From NCBI GenBank assembly GCA_964519065.1, contig CAZFIF010000002.1, positions 1 through 45,004 of the forward strand: a DNA stretch of 45,004 nucleotides, written 5' to 3'. This document shows, piece after piece, positions 9,059 to 16,308 of this stretch (position 1 is the first letter of the stretch; each line of letters begins with the position of its first letter). Source of the DNA: an uncultured Rikenella sp. GTDB taxonomy: Bacteria > Bacteroidota > Bacteroidia > Bacteroidales > VadinHA17. Under the pieces are notes generated by a model. It was not told where the DNA came from and made no database searches. It saw only the letters and a list, made by a program, of their open reading frames with translations. A program made the position numbers and the translations under genes.

Positions 9059-10828
9059 TCACCTGCCCGGGTTGTCCCACGGCCATGGTTTTGCCTTGAG
9101 GCGCAGGGCCTCCTCCTCCCACCTGGCAGCCATTTTCCTTACCCTGTCAGGCTGTTCTGCGGCCAGGTTGTTTGTCTCAGAGGGATCCTTCTCCAGGTCG
9201 TAGAGCTCCCAGCGCTCTTCGTCGTCGGGGGTGAAATACATTGGCGTTGCGGCCCTGGCCACAAGCTTCCACCTGCCCATGCGTATGGCCCTGTTGGCTT
9301 CATGCTCCCAGAAGAGGAACTCGCGGTCAAGCTTTTCTCCCCTGAGGGCAGGCAGCAGGCTTACTCCTTCCGGGGGAATGGTCTTTGTCCCGTGGAAATC
9401 TTCGGGATAGCTGGCGCCGGCCAGCTCCAGGCAGGTAGGCATTATGTCTATGAGATGACCCGGCTCCCTGATCATGGTGCCTTTTTTCTCCAGCCCTTCA
9501 GGCCAGTGCACTATCATGGGGGTGGAGATGCCTCCCTCATGCACCAGTGACTTGTAGAGCCTGAAGGGGGTGTTGCTGACGTTGGCCCACTCTTCACCGT
9601 AGCCCAGCCAGCTGTCGGCAGGGCCTGCCATCACCCCTCGGCCTGTGCGGATGAACCTGCCGTCACGCGTGTATTCCGGTTTCCTGACCTGCAAAACCTG
9701 GTCAGCAGGAAAAGGCCTGAGCACCTTCTGCTCTTCGGTGAGCGGCATGGCCATCCTGTTGGTGAGGACAGGCTCGGCACAGCCACCGTTATCCTGCATA
9801 TATAATATAACTGTATTGTCAAGCTCACCTTTCTCCTCCAGCGCTGCGATGATCCTCCCAATACCCTGGTCCATGATATCGATCATGGCGGCATAGGTCT
9901 CCATGCGTCGCACCTGCCACTCCTTCATGGGCTCATCCTTCCACGGGATGATTGTCTCTGTCCTCTCGCTGAGCCTGTGTGCCGGGGTGATGACACCCAG
10001 CTCCTTCTGCCTGTTGAAGCGCAGGACCCGCAGTGAGTCCCACCCGATGTCATATACACCCCTGTATTTTTCTATCGCCTCCTCCGGGGCGTGCAGGGGC
10101 CAGTGCGCTGCATAGTAGGCTACATAGAAGAAGAAGGGTTTGCCGTCAGGGTGCTCCCTGATGAACTTCACAGCAGTGTCACTGATGGCATCAGTATAGT
10201 AAAAGCCTTCGCCGGGAGGGATGAAGGTGTTGTTGCTGAGCAGGGTGAAGGGGTCCCAGTAACTGCAGGAGCCGCTAAGGTTTCCAAAGAAGCGGTCGAA
10301 GCCACGCTGCAGTGGCCAGTTGCTCTTGTCGTCAGCAAGCTCCTCCGGGGTGCTGGCATTGTTCATACCGTAGAGATGCCATTTGCCGGTCATATAGGTG
10401 GAGTAGCCCGACTCCCGCAGCACTTCGGCGAGGGTGGCGGCATCCTTGTTCAGGTCATCGAGATAACCGGGCTCATCCCACAGCGGCCTGGTGGCAAGAT
10501 GCCCCATGGCTGCCTGGTGGGGATACAGACCGGTGAGGAGGGTGGCGCGGCTGGGACTGCAGCGGGCGGTGTTGTAGAAGTTGGTGAAGCGGACACCCCC
10601 GGCAGCCAGCCGGTCAAGATTTGGTGTCTTTATCTCTGACCCGAAGGAGCCGATGTCGGAATAGCCGATGTCATCCGACAGGATGACGATAATGTTCGGC
10701 TGCTTTGCCTCTGTCGGCCTGTTGCCCGTGGAGCATGAGACCAGCACCAGACAGGTCGCCACAGGCAACAGCATCGCTGCCAGTGCTGCCCGCAGTGCTC
10801 TTCGCGGACCGGTTCTCTTTATCATCAT
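9059..10828 (-). CDS. Type I (formylglycine, Cys-type) sulfatase-family lipoprotein
   Basis: 589 aa. Lipobox LVSC. NIIVILSDDIGYSD metal-binding start. Canonical CSPSRATLLTG (C-x-P-x-R) formylglycine motif. GKWH downstream. Confidence 0.9.
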   Translation of the reverse strand: MMIKRTGPRRALRAALAAMLLPVATCLVLVSCSTGNRPTEAKQPNIIVILSDDIGYSDIGSFGSEIKTPNLDRLAAGGVRFTNFYNTARCSPSRATLLTGLYPHQAAMGHLATRPLWDEPGYLDDLNKDAATLAEVLRESGYSTYMTGKWHLYGMNNASTPEELADDKSNWPLQRGFDRFFGNLSGSCSYWDPFTLLSNNTFIPPGEGFYYTDAISDTAVKFIREHPDGKPFFFYVAYYAAHWPLHAPEEAIEKYRGVYDIGWDSLRVLRFNRQKELGVITPAHRLSERTETIIPWKDEPMKEWQVRRMETYAAMIDIMDQGIGRIIAALEEKGELDNTVILYMQDNGGCAEPVLTNRMAMPLTEEQKVLRPFPADQVLQVRKPEYTRDGRFIRTGRGVMAGPADSWLGYGEEWANVSNTPFRLYKSLVHEGGISTPMIVHWPEGLEKKGTMIREPGHLIDIMPTCLELAGASYPEDFHGTKTIPPEGVSLLPALRGEKLDREFLFWEHEANRAIRMGRWKLVARAATPMYFTPDDEERWELYDLEKDPSETNNLAAEQPDRVRKMAARWEEEALRLKAKPWPWDNPGR

Positions 10829-10861
10829 TGGTGCTTTTATCGGAATTACTGTTTTGTTCTT

Positions 10862-12433
10862 CTATTCCATTACATAACCCCTGGCCATCTCGGAAAAATC
10901 CTTTACCTGCTGCTCTTCCCATGCTTTGTCCCTGCCCAGCTCGGCGGCCATGATCGCTGCCACCACGGGTGCCAGTTCTATGGCAGCCCTGGCATCGAGA
11001 TAGAGTACTCTTACCCGGCGTGCCAGCACATCATCGACGGTGCGGGCCATCTCCCGCCTTACTGCCCATACCACCTCGGCAACGGTAAAGTCAGCACAGC
11101 CGTTGAGCTTCTCAGCAAAGGCGGGGTTCTCCTGATGCATCTTCTGTATCTCCTCACGGTCGCTGCCGTATATGTATCGCCTGTCACTCCTGTCAGGATT
11201 CTCATAGTAACCGTGGATCTTCAGCGTCTTTGTGGTGCACTTTCTGAAGCCCAGCTTGCCGGTCTTCACCGCCAGGTTGACGGTATCCTCCGCCATCTTC
11301 CTGTAGGTGGTCCACTTGCCTCCGGTGATTGTCACCAGTCCTGACGGTGACACCAGCATCTTGTGGCTGCGGGATATCTCTTTCGTTTTGGCCCCGTCAG
11401 CCCCGTGTTTTGGCGCTGCCAGCGGCCTCAGCCCGGCAAAGACGCACAGCACGTCGCTGCGCTGCGGTTTCTTTGCAAGGTATCGGCCGGCAGTCTCAAG
11501 GATGAAGTCGACCTCCTCGTCAAGAGCCCTGGGCTCCAGCACAAACTCCTTCACAGGCACGTCAGTGGTGCCGAGGATGACCCTGTCATGCCATGGCACC
11601 CCGAACATCACCCTGCCGTCGCTGGTCTTGGGTATCATGATGGCATCGTCGCCTCCCAGGAAGCTGCTGTCGACCACCAGGTGCACACCCTGACTGGGCC
11701 TGACGAGGGGCTGCTGCTCCGGGTTGTCCATCCTTATTATATCGTCAACGAAGATGCCGGTGGCATTGATGATGCACCTGCCTTCAGCCGTGAAACCGGC
11801 GCCGTCGAGCTCATCAACGGCTGCCACGCCGCTGACCCTGCCCCCGGCATTCTTGAGCAGATCCGTTACCCGGACATAGTTGACCACCGTGGCTCCCTGC
11901 TCTATGGCCGTCTGCATCATGTTCACCGCCAGACGCGAGTCGTCAAACTGGCCGTCATGGTATATCACTCCTCCTTTCAGCTTCTCACGGACGATCTGAG
12001 GTATAGCCTTTATTACATCTCTTTTTTTCATTGGCAGCGAACGTCCGAGGCTCATGCCGCCAGACAGGAGATCATAGAGGGTGAGCCCCAGTGTGTAAAA
12101 AGGCTTCTCCCACCACCTGTAGTTGGCTATGATGAAACGCTGGTTCTTCACCAGGTGAGGCGCATTCTTCCTCAGATAACCTCTCTCACGCAGCGCCTCA
12201 CGCACCAGGGCCACATCACCCTTCTGCAGGTACCTCACCCCGCCATGCACCAGCTTGGTGCTGCGCGCCGAGGTGGCCTTGGCAAAATCCGACTGTTCCA
12301 GCAACAGGGTACTGTAACCCCTTGCCGCAGCATCAACGGCAACGCCTAACCCGGTTGCCCCTCCGCCGATAACGATGAAGTCCCACTGCTTTCCGGGGCG
12401 CTTCAGCCGACTTAAAAATTCCTCTCTTTCCAA
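10862..12433 (-). CDS. glpD: FAD-dependent glycerol-3-phosphate dehydrogenase
   Basis: 523 aa. Rossmann motif DFIVIGGGATGLGVAVDAAARG, then SSRSTKLVHGGVRYL-type segment (SARSTKLVHGGVRYL). The only in-frame start ahead of the Rossmann fold is TTG at 12433. Confidence 0.9.
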   Translation of the reverse strand: MEREEFLSRLKRPGKQWDFIVIGGGATGLGVAVDAAARGYSTLLLEQSDFAKATSARSTKLVHGGVRYLQKGDVALVREALRERGYLRKNAPHLVKNQRFIIANYRWWEKPFYTLGLTLYDLLSGGMSLGRSLPMKKRDVIKAIPQIVREKLKGGVIYHDGQFDDSRLAVNMMQTAIEQGATVVNYVRVTDLLKNAGGRVSGVAAVDELDGAGFTAEGRCIINATGIFVDDIIRMDNPEQQPLVRPSQGVHLVVDSSFLGGDDAIMIPKTSDGRVMFGVPWHDRVILGTTDVPVKEFVLEPRALDEEVDFILETAGRYLAKKPQRSDVLCVFAGLRPLAAPKHGADGAKTKEISRSHKMLVSPSGLVTITGGKWTTYRKMAEDTVNLAVKTGKLGFRKCTTKTLKIHGYYENPDRSDRRYIYGSDREEIQKMHQENPAFAEKLNGCADFTVAEVVWAVRREMARTVDDVLARRVRVLYLDARAAIELAPVVAAIMAAELGRDKAWEEQQVKDFSEMARGYVME

Positions 12434-12638
12434 TTTGTCAGAAGCTTAATTATGATATATGTCAGAAAAACAGAGTAAAATTATTACAACATTTTTTTAA
12501 ATCAAAACAAAAATGAAAGAAAAAATAATAAATCGTAATATTTTTAACTTTTTTAATATTTCGGGTTGCTTGGCAGTTATTGCTTTTAATCTTATCTTTG
12601 GGGTTATACCAATAAATCCGGCTGCCGGTCCGAGAATC

Positions 12639-13403
12639 ATGAGAAACATTGCGCAGCGCCATAAGATAATACTGGCTGAACTTGAAAAGGAGGGTTATGT
12701 GTGGGTTCATAACCTGAGTGAACGTCTGGGGGTTTCTGAGGTTACGATCCGAAAGGATCTGAAAGAACTGGAGCAGAGGAGGCTGCTCATCCGCAACCAC
12801 GGCAGTGCCAGCCCGGTAAGTTCACTCACCATCGACCGCCACATCGACGAGAAGGAGAAGGTACAGGTGAATGAGAAGATCAGGATTGCCGAGGCAGCAA
12901 ACCGGTTGCTGGAGAAAAACGACAGGATCATCATCGCATCGGGAACCACGGTGCTTACATTTGCCCAGCATATCACGATAACCGATCCCATCACCGTCAT
13001 TACACCCTCAGTGAAAGTATCGCTGATACTGAGTTACAAGCCGAACATCGACATAATTCAACTGGGAGGGGCGCTTCGCAGGAGCTCCGCCTCGGTCATC
13101 GGGCCATATGCCGAGACCCTCCTCACGGAGATGATGTGCAGCAAGCTCTTCATAGGCATTGACGGTCTCGACCTTGACATAGGGCTTACGACAAGCAATA
13201 TAGCAGAGGCTCACCTGAACCAGTACATGATCAACGCAGCGCAGGAGGTGATAGTGCTTGCCGATTCGACCAAGTTCGGCAGGAGAGGCTTCGGCAAGAT
13301 ATGCAAGCTGAACAAGGTACATCACATCATCACCGACAGGAATGCCCCGGGAAATATCATACAGGTAATTCGTGATGAGGGAATAAAGGTCTCCCTTGTA
13401 TGA
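12639..13403 (+). CDS. DeoR-family transcriptional repressor (GlpR-like)
   Basis: 254 aa from the ATG at 12639 (MRNIAQRHKIILAELEKEGYVWVHNLSERLGVSEVTIRKDLKELE is the DeoR wHTH). C-terminal sugar-phosphate-binding DeoR_C (IIIASGTTV...LFIGIDGL...VLADSTKFG). The track start at 12513 adds 42 AT-rich, low-complexity residues and is unlikely. Confidence 0.87.
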   Translation: MRNIAQRHKIILAELEKEGYVWVHNLSERLGVSEVTIRKDLKELEQRRLLIRNHGSASPVSSLTIDRHIDEKEKVQVNEKIRIAEAANRLLEKNDRIIIASGTTVLTFAQHITITDPITVITPSVKVSLILSYKPNIDIIQLGGALRRSSASVIGPYAETLLTEMMCSKLFIGIDGLDLDIGLTTSNIAEAHLNQYMINAAQEVIVLADSTKFGRRGFGKICKLNKVHHIITDRNAPGNIIQVIRDEGIKVSLV

Positions 13404-13450
13404 CAATATGTTGCAGAGACTGAATGAATCATGCCTCTGTGGCCGCTTCG

Positions 13451-13463
13451 GCCTCGGGGGTTG
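13451..13463 (+). terminator. Short GC hairpin after the DeoR gene (weak terminator candidate)
   Basis: GGCCG-ctt-CGGCC, 48 nt after the stop at 13403. The stem is only 5 bp and no clean U-tract follows. Confidence 0.2.
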
Positions 13464-13475
13464 TATATATTTGTA

Positions 13476-13483
13476 ATATTCAA
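13476..13483 (+). promoter_or_regulatory. Candidate Bacteroidetes -7 promoter element
   Basis: TATATTTG matches the TAnnTTTG -7 consensus of the Bacteroidetes primary sigma factor. It lies 20 nt upstream of the ATG at 13503. No convincing -33 TTTG was seen. Confidence 0.3.
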
Positions 13484-13502
13484 CCACCAATAACAGATAA
13501 TC

Positions 13503-16289
13503 ATGCCAGGAAAATCATTACTGACATTTATTGCAGCCCTGCTGCTTGTCGCTTTTACCGGATGTTCAACCTCGAAGATGGCTGTCACCGGCGACCCGTC
13601 AGGCCGCACTCCCGCAGCAGAGCGTGAGTTCCGCGCTGCCTGGGTAGCCACCGTTGCCAACATCAACTGGCCCAGCAAGCCGGGCCTCTCCGTTGAGGAG
13701 CAGAAGAGTGAGGCAGTTGCCCTTCTCGATCTCCTCCATAAGAACAATTTCAACGCGGTGGTCTTCCAGGTCAGACCGCACTGCGATGCCATGTACAGGA
13801 GCGAGCTCGAGCCATGGTCTTACTACCTTACCGGCGAGCAGGGCAAGGCCCCGGTCCCGTATTATGACCCGCTCCAGTTCTGGATCGATGAGGCACATGC
13901 CAGGGGGATCGAGATGCATGCCTGGCTCAATCCTTACCGCGCACATCATCCTGCCGGCGGGGAGGTGACTGATGCCTCCATCGTCAGAAAGCGCCCTGAC
14001 CTGGTGCTGAAGCTCGAGGTGGAGAATTACTGGTGGATGGACCCTGCCCTGAAAGGCACGCAGGATCACTCTTATAATGTTGTCATGGATCTCGTGCGCA
14101 GGTATGACCTTGACGGGATACACTTCGACGACTACTTCTATCCCTATCCTGACTACAACAACTTCAAGGATTTTCCCGATGATGAGAGCTGGCAGGCATA
14201 CCGGGCCGGCGGCGGAAAACTGTCGCGCTCCGACTGGAGAAGGGATGCAGTAAATGTCTTCATTGAAAGGCTTTACAGGGGTATCAAGGCCGAGAAGCCG
14301 TGGGTTAAGTTCGGTCTTAGTCCCTTCGGCATATGGCAGCCCTATAATCCACCTGCCATCGGCGGCGGCTTCAACCAGCATGAGACCCTCTATGCCGATG
14401 CCAGGCTGTGGCTCAACAAAGGGTGGATCGACTATTATTCGCCACAGCTCTACTGGCCTATTAACCAGTTTGCACAGAGCTACCCTGTGCTGCTGGGCTG
14501 GTGGAAGGATCAGAATATCAAGGGCCGGCACCTCTGGCCTGGAATAAACCTGAGCAACCAGGCAGCGGGAGGGGCAGCCGACGAGGCCGTAAACAAGATA
14601 ATGGTTACACGCGGCATGTTGCCCGAAAGCCCCGGCGTGGTGCACTGGAGCATAGGCCCGCTGGTCAGGAGCCCGGAGCTTGTTAAGGCTGTGGCCGATG
14701 GACCCTACAGGAGGCAGGCACTGGTGCCGCCCTCACCGTGGCTCGACAACAAGGCACCGGCAGCGCCGTCGGTGACAAAGAGACCGGAGGGAGATGCGCT
14801 GAAGTTATCATGGACCCACGGTGATCCTTCCGATGTGAGCCGCTGGGTAGTATATTACAGGTACGGATCACAGTGGAACCAGAATATCCTCGGTCCGGGC
14901 GCCGCATCTGATATCATCCCTGCCTTCACCGTCAACCGCGCTTTCCTGGCACGGACAGAGCCGGAGAAGGTGACAGGTTTGGAGCAGGCGCTCATTCCTC
15001 TTGACAGCGTGGCAGTGTCGGCCGTGGACCGTTACGGCAACGAAAGCCCGCCGGTGAAGATGGCCGTGACGGAGTTCACCTTCGCCGATGCCCCCGCCCT
15101 TGAGGGGGTGTTGACTGCATTCTACGCCGAGAGGCTGAAGCCTCCGGTGCCGGTGCCGGCAGTGACTCCGGGTGTTGACGTCCTTGTTGAGGAGCACCTT
15201 GAGATGATCGCCGGCAAGAGGGTGGGACTGATAACCAACCCGTCAGCTGTGGGTGCGGATATGCGCAGCACTGTTGACATCCTCGCCGGCACGCCGGGGG
15301 TAAACCTGGTGGCACTCTTCGGCGCCGAACACGGCATCAGGGGAGCACTGCACGGCAGGATACAGGCCAGCGGTGAGCCCGACCCGGTGACGGGCATACC
15401 TGTCTACAGCCTCTACGGCGACACCTATTCCCCGAAAGCGGAGTGGCTCGACAGCATCGATGTGATGCTGTTCGACATACAGGGTGTGGGCTCGGCATGG
15501 TATACCTTCAAGTTCTCCATGTCTCATGCCATGGAGGCATGCGCCAGGGCCGGCATACCGTTCATAGTACTCGACAGGCCTAACCCGCTGGGCGGCAGCG
15601 TGGTGGAAGGACCGATGCATGACACCATCAGGATGTACCGGCACCGCATACCGCTGCGCCATGGCATGACCTATGGCGAGCTGGCAACCATGTGGAACGA
15701 TACCGAGGGGTACGGCGCTGAACTGACGGTGATAAAGATGAAGGGATGGCGCCGCAGCATGATGTGGGATGAGACAGGACTGATGTGGGTGATGCCTTCA
15801 CCCAACATAGACAACTGGGAGACAGCGGTGGTCTACCCGGGACAGTGTCTTTTTGAGAGAACCAACATGTCTGAGGGCAGGGGCACCACAAAGCCGTTCC
15901 TCCTTACCGGCGCACCATGGGTGGATGCCGGCAAGGCGGCTGAGGACCTTAACTCAAGAGGGATAGCCGGGGCTTACTTCAGGCCGGTATACTTTGTTCC
16001 GCGGTCTGCAGGTACAGGCTACAACCGCAGCAGCAAGCCGTGGAACGAGATGTGCGGCGGCGTGGAGATAATGCTGACAGACCCCGCAGCCTACCGTTCG
16101 GTGGAGGCTTCACTCCATATCATCGACGCATACAGGAAGACAAATCCTGACTCCCTGGTGTGGTCGCCGCCGCTGCTGATGCGCAGGCTTAACGAGCCCG
16201 GCGTCACCGTGGAGGAGGTGGTGAAAGCCTGCCAGGATGATGTGGCTGAATTTATGGAAGTGAGACAAAAATACCTGCTGTACAGATAA
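13503..16289 (+). CDS. Fusion lipoprotein with an N-terminal GHL10 (DUF187/YngK-like) hydrolase domain and a C-terminal DUF1343/NamZ exo-beta-N-acetylmuramidase domain
   Basis: 928 aa. Lipobox AFTGC. The N-terminal ~380 aa are GHL10-like (REFRAAWVATVANINWPS...NAVVFQVRP...GIEMHAWLNPY...IHFDDYFYP). The C-terminal ~370 aa from about nt 15170 are DUF1343-like (GKRVGLITNPSAVG...LFGAEHGIRG...DVMLFDIQGVG...FIVLDRPNP). Confidence 0.85.
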   Translation: MPGKSLLTFIAALLLVAFTGCSTSKMAVTGDPSGRTPAAEREFRAAWVATVANINWPSKPGLSVEEQKSEAVALLDLLHKNNFNAVVFQVRPHCDAMYRSELEPWSYYLTGEQGKAPVPYYDPLQFWIDEAHARGIEMHAWLNPYRAHHPAGGEVTDASIVRKRPDLVLKLEVENYWWMDPALKGTQDHSYNVVMDLVRRYDLDGIHFDDYFYPYPDYNNFKDFPDDESWQAYRAGGGKLSRSDWRRDAVNVFIERLYRGIKAEKPWVKFGLSPFGIWQPYNPPAIGGGFNQHETLYADARLWLNKGWIDYYSPQLYWPINQFAQSYPVLLGWWKDQNIKGRHLWPGINLSNQAAGGAADEAVNKIMVTRGMLPESPGVVHWSIGPLVRSPELVKAVADGPYRRQALVPPSPWLDNKAPAAPSVTKRPEGDALKLSWTHGDPSDVSRWVVYYRYGSQWNQNILGPGAASDIIPAFTVNRAFLARTEPEKVTGLEQALIPLDSVAVSAVDRYGNESPPVKMAVTEFTFADAPALEGVLTAFYAERLKPPVPVPAVTPGVDVLVEEHLEMIAGKRVGLITNPSAVGADMRSTVDILAGTPGVNLVALFGAEHGIRGALHGRIQASGEPDPVTGIPVYSLYGDTYSPKAEWLDSIDVMLFDIQGVGSAWYTFKFSMSHAMEACARAGIPFIVLDRPNPLGGSVVEGPMHDTIRMYRHRIPLRHGMTYGELATMWNDTEGYGAELTVIKMKGWRRSMMWDETGLMWVMPSPNIDNWETAVVYPGQCLFERTNMSEGRGTTKPFLLTGAPWVDAGKAAEDLNSRGIAGAYFRPVYFVPRSAGTGYNRSSKPWNEMCGGVEIMLTDPAAYRSVEASLHIIDAYRKTNPDSLVWSPPLLMRRLNEPGVTVEEVVKACQDDVAEFMEVRQKYLLYR

Positions 16290-16308
16290 AATAAAGATGA
16301 TATAACAG

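Noticed and set aside
12571-12584. Sigma-54-like TGGCAG-ttat-TGCT in the glpD/DeoR divergent region.
   Set aside because: The GG to GC spacing is 8 nt instead of the required 10. It also falls inside the discarded N-terminal extension and has no cognate enhancer-binding protein gene nearby.
12513-12638. N-terminal extensions offered by the ORF track for the DeoR gene (12513), murB (19461), the nik-operon ATPase (26296), the DUF4251-like gene (28577) and GDPD (6550).
   Set aside because: The extensions are AT-rich, low-complexity, or overlap the neighbouring gene. Internal ATGs at 12639, 19581, 26422, 28541 and 6541 give N-termini that align with the families or give canonical signal peptides.
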